Made by a program: the position numbers and the translations under genes. 64,000 nucleotides of DNA from the NCBI RefSeq assembly GCF_009914755.1, contig NC_060941.1, one strand, 5' to 3'. Source of the stretch: the human T2T-CHM13v2.0 reference genome, Homo sapiens. The notes below the pieces were generated by a model that was given only the letters and a program-made list of their open reading frames with translations, was not told the origin of the DNA and made no database searches. This document shows, one piece after another, positions 14,428-27,352 of the stretch (within the stretch, counting starts at the first letter, position 1; the number at the start of each line of letters is the position of its first letter).

Positions 14428-14444
14428 TTCTATGTGTCCAATAA

Positions 14445-14740
<296 letters not shown>

Positions 14741-15160
14741 CCAATAAACATTTATTAAGCACTAATCTGTTCCAGAAACACTGCTAGGAATTGAGGCTAT
14801 GAAGATGAATAAGATATGATTCCTACACCCATGGGGTTTAGTCTAAAAGAACAGACATGCACATAACCAAGCAAATGCTATAGTGGGGTCATAATGTCCA
14901 GGCGTAGTGGGGGCACTGAGGAGGGCATGATCCAACTAATTGGGGGTGCCATCCGGAAAAGACTTTATGGAGGGGGTGGTCACCTTTGAGCTGAGTTTAG
15001 AAAGACTATGTTTTTTTAGGCAGATCAGGAGTGGGAAATGTGTTCTGGGTAGAGGATACTGCATGTGCAGAGATACAGAGGTATAAAGAGGTATAAAGAG
15101 GTGGGGAAGCCTCAAGCAATACAGCAAGGCTGGCATGTGGGTGAGTGTTGGGCTGGGGTA
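14741..15160 (-). mobile_element. L2 3' region
   Basis: aaacatttattaagcact...gaagatgaataagatatgattcct...tttgagctgagtttagaa. Confidence 0.65.
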
Positions 15161-16007
15161 CAATGCCCGGTGCCTATGGAGCAGCCCCAACACTGTACCA
15201 GCTGAGGGCCTGAACAGTTCTCCATAATTGTTAATGTGAATCCTACCCATGCACTAGTAGGTATCACCCTTGTTAAATGATACTGTGAATCCTAGGTATC
15301 ACTAGCAGGTCTCGCCCCTGTTAAATCTGTGCCCTCCCTTCCTCTCCCCAACATAAGAGCCGCCTCAGCAAGAAGAGTGTTTTCAGTGTGCCTGTGCATG
15401 CCGACGCACCATTATAATCACATCTTCATCGGGACACAATTTCTTGGGCGAGTGCTGTCAGCGGCGCCGGAAGCATGTTCCCAGCAAATTGCCTCCGTGT
15501 ATGATTTGTTGATTGAAACAGGGGGAGGAGAAGTGTTCCAGGGATGCAGGTGGGGAGGTGGACTCACCCACAGGAAGGAGCCTGGGCTTTGGAGTTACGC
15601 AGGTGTGGCTTGGCTAATGGGGGGCTGGCCAGGCACTTTACCTCTCAGAGCTCAGCTTTTCTTCAGCCCCTCCAGCCACAGGCTAGGATATCAGCTTTGT
15701 CTTTTCTGGGCCAGGGTCATGGGGGGGGCCACCATCTGACCTGCCAGTGCTGTTGGGATCCTCAAGACATAGTACTGAGAGGGAGAGTCCTGACTCCTCT
15801 GTAAGCTGGAAAGGGGCAATTTTCATTCCAGATTGCATCTCTGTCCTGCATTTTCTCCCCACACGCCTTCTCCTCCTCCGTTTCCTCTTTTTCTTTTTAT
15901 GGTTGCATTTCCATCTTTCTAAGAAAATTCCTGAGTCCAACTTCCACCCTCAGCTGAAGAATCTGAAGAGGTCAGGAGAAGTGACCTTTCTCTATGTGAA
16001 TTGGACC

Positions 16008-16130
16008 ATCTCAGAGCTGCCGGGTACAGCTATGCAGAGCATGCACTGCGCAACTGCAAGAGGGTCTACTCATATGGACTAAGGTGTGAATGAAGCCTCC
16101 AGAGAGTGCACAGGCGCAGCCGTGAATTGT
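16008..16130. mobile_element. MER91-like hAT MITE
   Basis: cagagctgccgggtacagctatgcagagcatgcactgcgcaa resembles the MER91 terminus. Confidence 0.45.
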
Positions 16131-17422
16131 TTGTTTCCCTGTACTGTGGTGTCATTTGGGGCTTGACTCTGCTCCTTAGCTAGTCATCCATCTTCAATTC
16201 CCATCATTCTACTCTTCCCCTTAACATAGATTACACATATGACATTTACATGGCAATGGAGACATTCCTGGATGAGTGACAAGGGCAGGGGATTGGGGTG
16301 GGGTCAGGAGTGCGTTTGTTGGGGTATAAATTGGCTTCCATTCACTATCTCTTTTGGAATAGCGGCCTTTTATTTCCTTGCTTTTTTCAGTGGGTGTATT
16401 TGAAATGGAAGTTGGGTCCAGGTTGGAATATTTGCTTAATGGGTTTTCTTAAAGTAGAGCACACCTCAATGCATTTGCTGCAATTTTGGCTTTTGCTCTA
16501 TTCAAAATCCACTTTCCCCCACCTGAGTGGGAAATGAAGGAGTGTCTCTTGTCCCAGGGTGGCTTTTGCCCAGGCTGGGAGTGTGAGGGAGTGGGTGCTG
16601 GGTGTGTGTGTGTGGGGAGCTGAATACAGGGGAAGCCTGCCCAGCTCTGGCCTCTGCAGCCCGCCTGTCCTCCCCTCCAGCCATGCTCCCCCACCACAAC
16701 CTTAGCCCTCCATAGCCTCAGAACAGATTTGTTTTCAGCTGACCCAGCACCAAGCTTCAGGGCTTAGCCCTGAATAAAAAAGGAAGGGGATGTCTGTTGA
16801 GCCCCTGCATGGGTGGCAACATGTCAGGGTCTGTGTGTGTGCAGCCTCAGTTAATCCTCACTGATAATTCTCCCTTGAGTGGCAGCTGCAGCAGATTGAC
16901 AACTCCACGCCCAACACTCCACCAGGGAGGCCGCTGGAGGCCGGGCAGAGTCGTCAGAATGAGCCCCAGTCACCTTCTTCCTTTGGGACACTACTGCAGG
17001 GGCAGGGGGCCCACAGGGCAGAACCAACCCCGGAGCCCAGGCTCAAGAGCTGGATGAGTTTCTTCCCTGCACTCGTGATGCCGCATGATTAAGGCTCTGC
17101 TGCATCCCTCAGCGCCTGAGATGGCCTCGCAGGAAGCTCTGTGCACACCAAGCAGTTGCCATAAAATTCATCTTTTATTGTCCTCTTCCTGAATCTTTTC
17201 AGTGGGGGAATAGTGGATGCTTACAGGCATAAAACATGTGTGGCTTTTATGGGATTCTGCCAGGGTGAAATCTGGGATCCAAACTTTATGTTCTTGACCC
17301 CCTTCCCTCTCAGAGTTGAGGGTGAATTCCCTGTCCTCATCCCTAGAAATGCTGCAATCCTTGGCATACTGGGGCACATGTCTCACATGGGGCGGAGCTA
17401 CTTTACAGATCCCTCCCCCCAC

Positions 17423-17849
<427 letters not shown>

Positions 17850-18003
17850 TAAAGTCTCTGGGGTACATCATGAAAACTTTGAATGGGAATTGGGCAGATG
17901 CTGCCCTTCATAGATGTAATCTTGAATGCTTTGACAATTAGGAAGGACTGCGATGGAAAGATAAATATACCATCTACCTCAGGAGTTCAAAGTCATTTTT
18001 ATT

Positions 18004-18388
18004 TGTGATGGACTGAATTGTCTGTCTCTCCTCCCCAAAATTCATATATTGAAGCCCTTACCCCCAGTGTGACAATTTTTGGAGACAGATCCTTTAAGGA
18101 GGTAATTAAGGTTAAGCAAGATGATAAGGTTGGAGTCCCTGGTGTCTGTTGAAGAGGAAGACATAGCAGAGCTCTTTCTCTCTCCACGTGAGCACTGAGG
18201 AAAGGCCATTTGAGGACACAGCAAGAAGGTGGCTGTTTGCAAGCCTGGAAGAGAGTCCTCACCAGAAACTAACTCTGGCACCCTGATCTCAGACTTTCAG
18301 CCTCCAGAAATAAGAGAAGGTAAGTGTCTGTTTTTTAAGGCACTCAACCTGTGGCATTTTGCTATGGCACCTCGAGCTGACTAAGAAT
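18004..18388 (+). mobile_element. MLT1A/B MaLR solo LTR
   Basis: tgtgatggactgaattg...cccaaaattcatatattgaag...gaggacacagcaagaaggtggc...ctgactaaga. Confidence 0.85.
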
Positions 18389-19460
18389 CTCTCATCTCTC
18401 TCATGGACAGGCACATTTCAGTTTGTGAACCAGTAAAGCCCCATAGCTTCTTGATCACTGCTCACTAGGGCCTCTCGTCTCTGAGGATCATGCCTTAGGA
18501 AACTGGGGATGGCCAGCGAGCTCACACTTGAACGTATCTCTCAAGATCAACCTACAGCTAGGAAGAATTTTGATAGTAAAATCCAGGTAAGGGGCTTAAT
18601 TTCTGGATGGGCCTTGTATGTCCTAATGCATGTTATGGTTATTACTCTCATTTTCCAGAAGAGGAAATTCAGTCAAGAGAGACCACGTCATCTGCTACAG
18701 ATTACACAGGTGGTGCAGTTGAGTCCTTGAAATCTGCTCCAGGTCTGGAGCCCTGGGCCTTAAAAACCTGACTAGTTTCCCCAGTACTCCCTGGATGGGA
18801 GTTCTCCCTGGGTCCTGTGGGCCCATCCCAGGGCCTGGAGTTCCAGGTTGGGTTTGGATCTTTGTCCCTGGTACGGGGGTCTCCCTGTCTGCCTGGACTT
18901 TGGGGTGTGGCTGCAGAGAGTGGATTCCCTGTCAATTTCACCTGATAGAGAGGGTCTGGTCCTACGTATTATTTTCTTTCAGGTTTCCCTGACCTCCTTG
19001 CTGGTCCCCAAGAAGGACATGCACTCTTACCTTTTCATCAGGGGCTCAACCAAGTGACATCAGTGTCCACACAGGATGCCATGTGGGCTTCCAGAAGAGA
19101 TCATTTGGGGATCACAGAGGCAGGAAGGGGCAGGTGGTGTACCATGTTGTGAAAAGAGCGTGGACTTTGGTATTAGGCAGGTCTGGATTCTAATTCTCAG
19201 CTGTCCCTTTGTCTGTAGAAGGGAGACAGCAGTACGGCCCCACAGATTTACTGTTCAGACTGAATGGAATGTCCTAGGAGAGTGTCGGCACAATGGAACA
19301 CAGTGACTTCTTTGTCAATATTTGGGAGTAGCATGGTGTGGTTAAAAGACTTAGCTGTGTGCCAAAGGTAGACAGTTTGGGGCTGGCTGTCTCATTTATT
19401 GGCCCAGTTTCCCTGTCTATAAGCTGGGAATAACAGCTCATATCTCACTGTTTGAGAATT

Positions 19461-19643
19461 TCTATGTTTCATCATTTTAAGATGCATAATTTTCTATATC
19501 CTAACATGTCTATAACGTCTTACCATTAATGGCCTCTTAGCATTGTGTTTAGTTTAATTAGTAGTGTTTTTCTTTCCTACTGTCACATGAAATAATATTG
19601 ACCCTTACAGTTGGAGTTGTTACCTTAGATTTGATGAGATACA
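19461..19643 (+). mobile_element. MER104 (Tc2/Kanga-type MITE)
   Basis: tttcatcattttaagatgca...cttagatttgatgagatac, TIR-like ends matching recalled MER104. Confidence 0.6.
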
Positions 19644-22600
19644 CAGCAAATGGACTCATGATTGCAAACGGCTCAGTACAGTGCCTGGAACACAGCTGGT
19701 GCTCAGTCAATGGCAGCTGTTGTTATTATTGCCTGTAGACCATGGGTAAGTTTTACAAATGCTGTTGAGCCTCGGTTTCCTCATCTGTATAATGGGAATA
19801 CTTAGCTTTACATTACAGGGTTACAGGGAGTTTTAAATGAGATTAACATATAGACTGAAGCATCTACCGCAGCATTTTGCATAAAACAGGCGCTCCAAAG
19901 TGTGCTCCTCTTCCCCAGGACTGCACCAAGAGAAATCCCCCATGCCCCTCACCATTTTGGAATTATGGCAAGGTGGGTGGGACAGGGAAGGGAGGAAGGG
20001 GAAAGAGACTCCTCATGCCTGTGCTCTTTTGTGCCACTGGACTATCTGTCTCCTGCTCACTGTTGCCCCCTAGTGGTCCCAAGGATCAGGGCAAGGCTTT
20101 TTGAACCAGATGGGAATGTTAGGAAAGAAAATGCTATCGGGTAAGCCTGCTCAGCCTGAGGAAGACCTCAACGGAAGACCTGAGCCCCACCTCAGGAACT
20201 TCAACTGAGACGATGTAACCTGCTGAGCCTTCTGCTGAGGTTTTCTTTATACCTGAACGTGGCCGCTGGGAAATTTTTTCAGATCTCAGATCTAAACTGA
20301 GAGGCCATTCCTCAGCTCCCACTCGCCTCTCAAAACACACCTCTATGCTGGAGACGTAGTAACAGAGGGCAAGTTTGGTTGACAAAACGTATTGGCGGCA
20401 TCCCTTCTCTTGTATGCTCAAGAGACCATGGTCTGGATTGGGATCAGTCAGCCTCAGTATCAAATCCTGGCTCTGGATGACCATGGCCTGTGACATCCTC
20501 TCTATAGGCCTCAGTGTCTTTATTGCATGTATAGGGTCTGCCATATAGTCTGTGCTCAAAAATATTAGGTTGCCTATCCCACTTCCCTCTTCCCTAACTC
20601 AGGGGCATTGGAAAGAGCACTGGAAGAAATCGTAAGCAATATTGACTTTAACTACAAAATGCTCAGATGTCTTTCCTGCTGCTCTGATGAAGTGGTCTTT
20701 GAAGTGAAACATCCCCTGCAAGTCTGTAACATCATAGATGAGCAGATGCAAACTGTTAGACCATGAGGAAATCCCGGGTGCTCACTTTTCAAAGAGGAAC
20801 AAATAACCTTCATTCAAGCCTGGCTACTTGAGATTGTTCCATGGACCATGGCCCTCCTGCTTGGTGGTGGGGAGACTGGCATGTGGAAACACCATGAGAA
20901 AGTGTGGGAGGGTAGGGGTGCAGGGAAGGTTGGACTGACACCCTCTGGTCCTGGTGCTTTGCATAGATTAGGTATGAGGTAGGTACTATTGTTATCCCTG
21001 CTATGCAGATGAAGAAATTAAGATGGAGACATGAAGAAACTTGCTCATGGTCTCATTGTTGGCTAGTCATGGAGTCAGAATTTAGATTTCAACAGTCTAA
21101 TGTTGAAGCCCTGCACTACTATCCTATAGTCCCATACCAAGGTACCCCTCCTTGTCTAATACCAGATGGTGCCCATTGCCCCTGGATAGACCTTCTTTTC
21201 AGAGACCCATTGAGAGATTTCTGTATGTCTCAGGATGCTTTGCCAAGGGTCTCTTTCCCTTTCAGTGGAGGACAGGCATATCATCACCATTTTACAGATT
21301 GAAGACAGACTCGCAAAGGCAAAGTGATTTTCTAGAAATAATTTAGCAGGTCAGAGGTACAGTTTGAATGAGAACCCAAGTCTTTTGAATCCTGGTCCTA
21401 CCGCACACTGAACCAGCTGTCTCCCAATCCTGTGCCCTGCCCAGCTCTCTTTCTGGGTTACTGTGTGAGGAAGAATATGATCCCATACACTGCAAGCTAG
21501 ACCCCTGAATTGACTATCACAATATTCACAGCCCTGTGAATTCAAGTTTTGTCATTTCCTGGAAGCTTTACAAAATATTAATAAGCTGATTTACTCCCTG
21601 GCATCTTCTTGAGACTCCTGTAGGCAAGCACCTCATCTGGGGACTGGGTTGAGGTTGGAGTCAGATGTCCTAAGCTTGAAATTCATCCTTGCCACCTGCT
21701 AGCTTGGTGACCTCGGGCAAGTTAGTGAACTTCTTTGAGTATCAGTTACCTCTGTGTGAAATAGGAATACCATTCTTCATCTTGGAGGGGTTTTATGAGA
21801 TATAAGAACAGAATCTAGCGCACTGCCTATATGACATATAGAAGGCGGTCAATATAGCAGAGATCCTCATTGGCAAAAGAGGACAGAAAAATTTTGTCTG
21901 CCTTAAGAAAATCCAGTCTGTGAAATTCACCCAACCTTGGGTCAGGGCAGACATTATTTCAATTATTCAAGGATCCATGATTTTCACAAAGGGTTTATCC
22001 AGGGCCCTTTAAGTGGCAGCTACATGTGCAAGCTGCCATGCCTGTTTACGAATCATTAGCTACTTGACGGTGATGGTAGCGGGAAGAGAAAAAGAGCAAA
22101 GCCCACATTATGGAAAGCCAGTGCTGGGAGCCACTGACTGCTAGAAACCAAATGGGACTGCAGAAAAAATAGGTCTGAAAGAGGAACCCATGGAAAAGAT
22201 TTCATTTATAAATACGTATCTCACCCTTGTTCTCAGAAACCCATCCTTCAGTTGTTGAAAGCAAGATATGAACACACAGAGTCAGGCACCGCCAAATGCT
22301 TTCCCCTAAACTTTAAAAGCTCAGTGACAGGTGACTGGAATGAGCCTTCACAATGTAAGATGCCAATTACAAAATTGTTAATTCTTCTGGCTGTAATTTA
22401 TCCTGCTATCCCTTTGGGTAGCTAAACAGCTTTGATCATGAGTTGCCCAATCAGCTTATAAGTCTTCTTGATGAATCACTGTCATTCTCCCCGTCCTTTC
22501 TCTGGGCTGCAGTAATTCTTGACAACTGCCTTAGAGCCTCTGTCTCCTGTCGATGCGAGAGGGAAGAGCCATCTATTAGGAGGAGCATGTGGAGAACAGG

Positions 22601-22829
22601 AAGCTCCTGGCATTGAGGAGCTTGGCAGGTGGAGGATAAAACTCTCTCTTCAGGATAGATAGGGCAGAGGACAGGATGATGGATACAGCCTCTACCCAGT
22701 GACCTCCAGGGTATGAGGTCCCTGCTTGTTGGGGTCTTTGGGTCGGGGGTGGCTAGGCAAATCGTGCCCACTGAGCTCTAGCGGGTATCCAGAACATCTT
22801 CAGTAAGAAAATGCCATGTGCTAACAGTG

Positions 22830-23238
22830 AGTTCACTGCACAGATAAACTAGGGCAGTTCTCCAGTATTGGAATTCTCACCTTCTTCCTGGGCTGACTGC
22901 TTTTCCCAGCTCTCCTTGAATCTAGGAGAGGCACGTGACTAGTTCTCACCATTGAGATGCGGTAAAATAGAAGTGATGTGGGATCCCCTGACTGAGTAGA
23001 TGTGCTCTCTCTTTTACCAGTTGATAGCTAAAGAGAGATGAGCCTGAAAACCTACAGGAGGACAGAGACACCAGTTGAGAGAAGGCTGGGTCCCTGAATG
23101 GCAGCATGGAGAACCGCCCAAATGCCAACTGCATTGGATTGCAATGTGAGTGAGAAACACATTCTTATTGTATTAGTGTTAAACCACTCAGATTTAAGGG
23201 TTGATTGTCACAACAGTTAGCCTCCCCTGCCTAATACA
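22830..23238 (+). mobile_element. Old MLT1 (H/I/J-type) LTR
   Basis: gaaggctgggtccctgaatggcagcatggag...tgtgagtgagaaa...taaaccactcagattt...ctaataca end. Confidence 0.6.
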
Positions 23239-23599
23239 GGCAATTTTTTATTAGTTTTATTAGTAAACAATACTTTATTTAACAGAACTCAAATTATCCA
23301 ACTCAAGAAAATCCCAGGCGGCCGTCTGTTCTGAGTTAGCATGATGGCTTCTATTAACTACATAGCACATTGCAATTCACCTCTGATATCTGTTGTATGG
23401 AAATTTAGCTTATAACTTGAAGAGCACTAACTGCATGGATTCTTAATTTTTAGACCTGAAAAATTATTCTTTTTGGGAGTTGGAGGGAAGAACACAGTCT
23501 CTTTTAAAAAGGACCTTGGCCCCTTTTCCTTCTCCCTTAGCCTCCACTGGAGGTGTGAAAAGGACCTACAGATTCCATTTTCCCAAGTCAATGTAAGCA

Positions 23600-24340
23600 T
23601 CCCTTCTTCTCTAAGTTGAGGCTAATCATTTCTCTCCAGGACTGTTGCAAGAGCTTCTTAACTGGCCTTTGTCTCGTGTATACCCTCCTCCAATCTGACC
23701 CCCACCTGATCTTACTAAAATGCAGACTCAATTATATCATCATCCTCTCTGGTAAAATCCAAAATCCTTTTCTTCAGAAGACCCTCTCTGATGGGCCTTC
23801 CTACCTCCAGTCTCATCTTCCTGCAAACCATCAGGCTCTTGTAGCCACTCTGCCTTTACTCTTTTTTTTCCTTTATAAGAGGAAGCTTTATTGTTAATTA
23901 TTTACCTTAATAGTTTCACAAGAAGGGACATATTAATTCAGTTCAACATGACTGGCAGTTAGCAAAATCTAGTGAAGCAAGCGTTTCTGATTGCTAAGGA
24001 TTTAATCTGGATGCTTTTAATACTTAGCCATCTAACACTTCAAACATAATCCAGAATAAATGCATCATCTCCTTCCCTTTCACCACAATGCCGCACCTAC
24101 CTTTGCTCTCCTGTATCCCTGCCAGGATTGTTCTTTCTGCTTGTCAGCCTGCAACCATCTACCCAGCTTTCAAGGCTCAGTTTGTGCCCTTCTGCCAAGA
24201 TGCCTTCTCCACCCATTCCCTCTGCTTTTGGATCTTGGTGTTCAGCCTGAGTTTTATCCCAGCACCTGCAACACCACATTGTATTTATTGCCTGACATGC
24301 CCATCTCCTGCCAGCCTTTAAGCTTTTTGGGGAGGTAGGT
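23600..24340 (+). mobile_element. L2 relic, split by a retrocopy at 23863-24096
   Basis: ggactgttgcaagagcttcttaactggc...aaaatgcagactc and tttcaaggctcagttt...gccttctc motifs. Confidence 0.55.
23863..24096 (-). pseudogene. 5'-truncated processed retrocopy of an mRNA 3' end (3'UTR only)
   Basis: Minus strand has AATAAA (23892-23887) 17 nt before an A8 tail; degenerate 13-bp TSD ctgcctttactct (23850-23862) / ctacctttgctct (24097-24109); AT-rich body I do not recognise as a TE. Confidence 0.7.
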
Positions 24341-25631
24341 AGGTGACTGATTACTCTTTCCCAGGGCTGGCCCAAATCTGGGGCTCAAATGACTAGACTT
24401 CTGGACTCTGTCGCTGCCAAACCAGTTACCAAGGTAGCTTTCCCTCCCTGGGCCTCAGTTTCCCCATAGGTAAAATTGGGAGCTTGCTTAGCAAGTGATA
24501 GTCCTTGATGGCCTGCCTCTAAGGGCTTTTCCGGTTTCAGCATCCCAGGATTCTATGATTTTACCACTAACATTGTGCAGTCATGTGAGGGAAATCAATA
24601 CTCAGAGTTTTTCCTGTGTGTGAGCCACAATTCTTCAGAAGACTGTCCTTGGGGGTGCATGTGGCTCTCAGCTTTGCCTGACACCAGAGAGAATTTATCA
24701 TTAGAGAAAAGCTTATGGTGCAGGTTTAGCAAATGTGGCGTCTCGGGCGTTCCAGCACTTCATTTATCAAGTAAACACAGCTTCGTTATTTAGACTTCAG
24801 TCACTTGGCTCATAAACCATCACTCAGATATAAAAACTGGGGTAAGATGTCCTATTTATTGACCCTGATGAGAAATGGGCGTGATCAATTATGCCACGGC
24901 ATGGGAAGAAAAGCCTTTTGCAGGCTTGCAACTTGTTACACGGTTGCTTTTATTTTAGGGCGTGATGTAGGGCGGGCAGGGGGAATTCTCAACACATTTC
25001 ATGCCACGCCATTAGCAGGTTCAAGGAGCTCCATCACCATTGGCCACATGGCCTTGGGTCAGTTCCCTCCCCTCCACTCAGCCCATGTCAGCTCCTGGGT
25101 CACAGCTCTCCTACATGCATTTCCCAGGGTTGACATTGGGGTGGTTTACCCCTTTCCCAGCACTCCAGGAATACAATGCAGGACAGTCTGTTGTATCTAA
25201 TGGAGTTACATTCATAGGTTTTACAAGCTCAAAACAGTGAGAATTCATGGTTGTTATGATTCGGGCAACCCCTCCTTGCCAAATGCCTGGCCTGGGATAT
25301 GTCCGATTTGGCCCTGATGGCTGCATGTGCAGGAATTCCTTGGGTGTCCCCCACTCAGTGCTGGCCACCCAACTCACTCTGACTCCAGGGAAGCCCTTCA
25401 CCTCTTAGCTCAGTTGCCACCTTTTCCTCTCCTGCTCCAGGACTCCTCGTTCCTCAACTGTCGCTTCTGGTTACCAAGGGCCTCTGGGGTCAGCCAGCCT
25501 TCCGAGAACTTCCTGCTCCCCCGTCTGCTTCACATTCCTATGTTATGGCTGAATTTTCTGATGAGCCTCTCATGCCCTGCCTCTTCCCGAAAGCTTTTCT
25601 GACTCGTCCTTCCGCTTGTCCTGCTCTGTCA

Positions 25632-25703
25632 GTCAGGCTGGAGTGTAGTGGCATGATCATAGCTCACTGTAAGCTCAAACTCCAGGGCTTAAGCGATCTT
25701 TCC
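25632..25703 (-). mobile_element. AluJ/FRAM fragment
   Basis: caggctggagtgtagtggcatgatcatagctcactg...aagcgatc. Confidence 0.75.
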
Positions 25704-25961
25704 TTTGGCAGTGTATTTCTACTAAGAAACCTCAAGTCCAGGGCTTGGTGTCTGATTTTTATATTCAGGACGCCCTTTCTTTTTTTAATTCAGGAAATTC
25801 GCAAGTTAAATTGAATCCCAGATGGCACTGTTTGAGCCTTTCTGCCCTTGGCCTCTCTTCACGGGAATCATAAGAAAAGCGACTGCGCCATGTTCTCTCG
25901 GTCTTGTCTCCTCCGTGATAAATGGTGGAATTAATTGAATAGCAGAGCTGGATCACCCAGG

Positions 25962-26141
25962 GCAGTGGTTGTCAACCGCACTCTGCGTCAGAATCACCTG
26001 GGAATACTTTTATAAATCACAGAAGCCCTGGACTCAGCCCTAAGATTAGAATTCAGTTGTTTCTGGCATGGACTCCAAGTACTAGTATTTTTCGAAAACT
26101 CCCTAGAGGATTCTCATGCTGGAGCTAGGTTGAGAACCGTT
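25962..26141. mobile_element. MER5A/B hAT-Charlie MITE
   Basis: cagtggttgtcaacc...agaatcacctggg...ggttgagaacc TIRs. Confidence 0.7.
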
Positions 26142-27179
26142 CATCTAGTCCAACCTATTTGACAGAAGGGAAAACTGAGATCCAGAAAGGCCAAGTGATT
26201 TGCCTCTGGTCATGCAGTTGGCTGCAGAGGTGGGGCTAGGCTTCAGTTTTCTGGGGTATCTTTGGATTCCTCATTCAAAGACCCAATCAGCCCACTCCAC
26301 TGAGATTTTGCTGTAGCCACAGGTGGACACACCAACACACCCAAAGATACACAGCTGAGTGTATGAAATTCACTCTGTATTGGAAAATCCAGGCAGAAAT
26401 TAACAATAGAACTTGGAAATGAATCGAAGTGAAAGTGTCCAAGTTAAAAATGGACATGCTTAATGTTGTTTGCTTGACCATAACCCCTGACAGTTTGGGG
26501 TTGGGGGAAGATAGCTCCTTCCCAGCCACCCCCCTCCCTGGCCCAGTAGGATTCAGCCTTCTTTAGGGAATAGACACAGGTTGAGCCATGTTGGGACTCT
26601 CTGTGAACCTTTTCCAAGCTCCTTATACCCTGCTGTCAGAGAGCCTGACATCCCCACTGTAACGTGCTGGGTGTTCAGGGCTGGTAGCCTAGGACGCTCT
26701 ATAAAGTTTACTGGCCAGCGAATGAATGACTCACCAGGAATCGATACAGTTCCCATCTGGGATTGCTCTTAGAAAGAAATTAATGAGCAGAATAGGCTAT
26801 TAAATTATGTAGGAATATAATACCCCATTGAACTGGTGTCTTCAAGCCAGTGAGCTGCTGTCATCAGAAGGAGCTGAGCACGTTTTCAGCTCTTCTCCAG
26901 CCACCCAGGGTTTCCTTCTGAAGCCAGAGAGGGGTTCACATATGCTGTCACTTGCATTATCTCTCAAAGCTACTGACCATCTGTTGAGAAGCCCAGGCCA
27001 CATTGTACTTTGGTCTCTCTAGATTTTGAACTTGCCTATTTATTTACTTCCACAACATCAACAGGCCCAGTGTGAATGGTGTGTGTATGTATGTGTGTGA
27101 GTGTGTGTGTTTAAGGAGGCGGGAAGGGAATGGAAGCCACAGCAGAGATGAGCTAAATTAGGGCTGTCTGCTATAATAT

Positions 27180-27352
27180 TAGGGCCCTGGGCACTGAATG
27201 GCAAGAGGATCTGCATTACAGGGAGGCTTGTTAGAAATGCAGATTCCTGGGCCTCACCTTGAGAGAGTCCCATGCAGTTGGTGTGGGGTGAGGTCCAGGA
27301 ATGCATTTAACCTGCTTCCCGGCTGCCTCTAACACACACTGGAGTTGGAGTA
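27180..27352. mobile_element. MER5A-type MITE
   Basis: cttgttagaaatgcagattcctgggcctcacc core. Confidence 0.65.
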
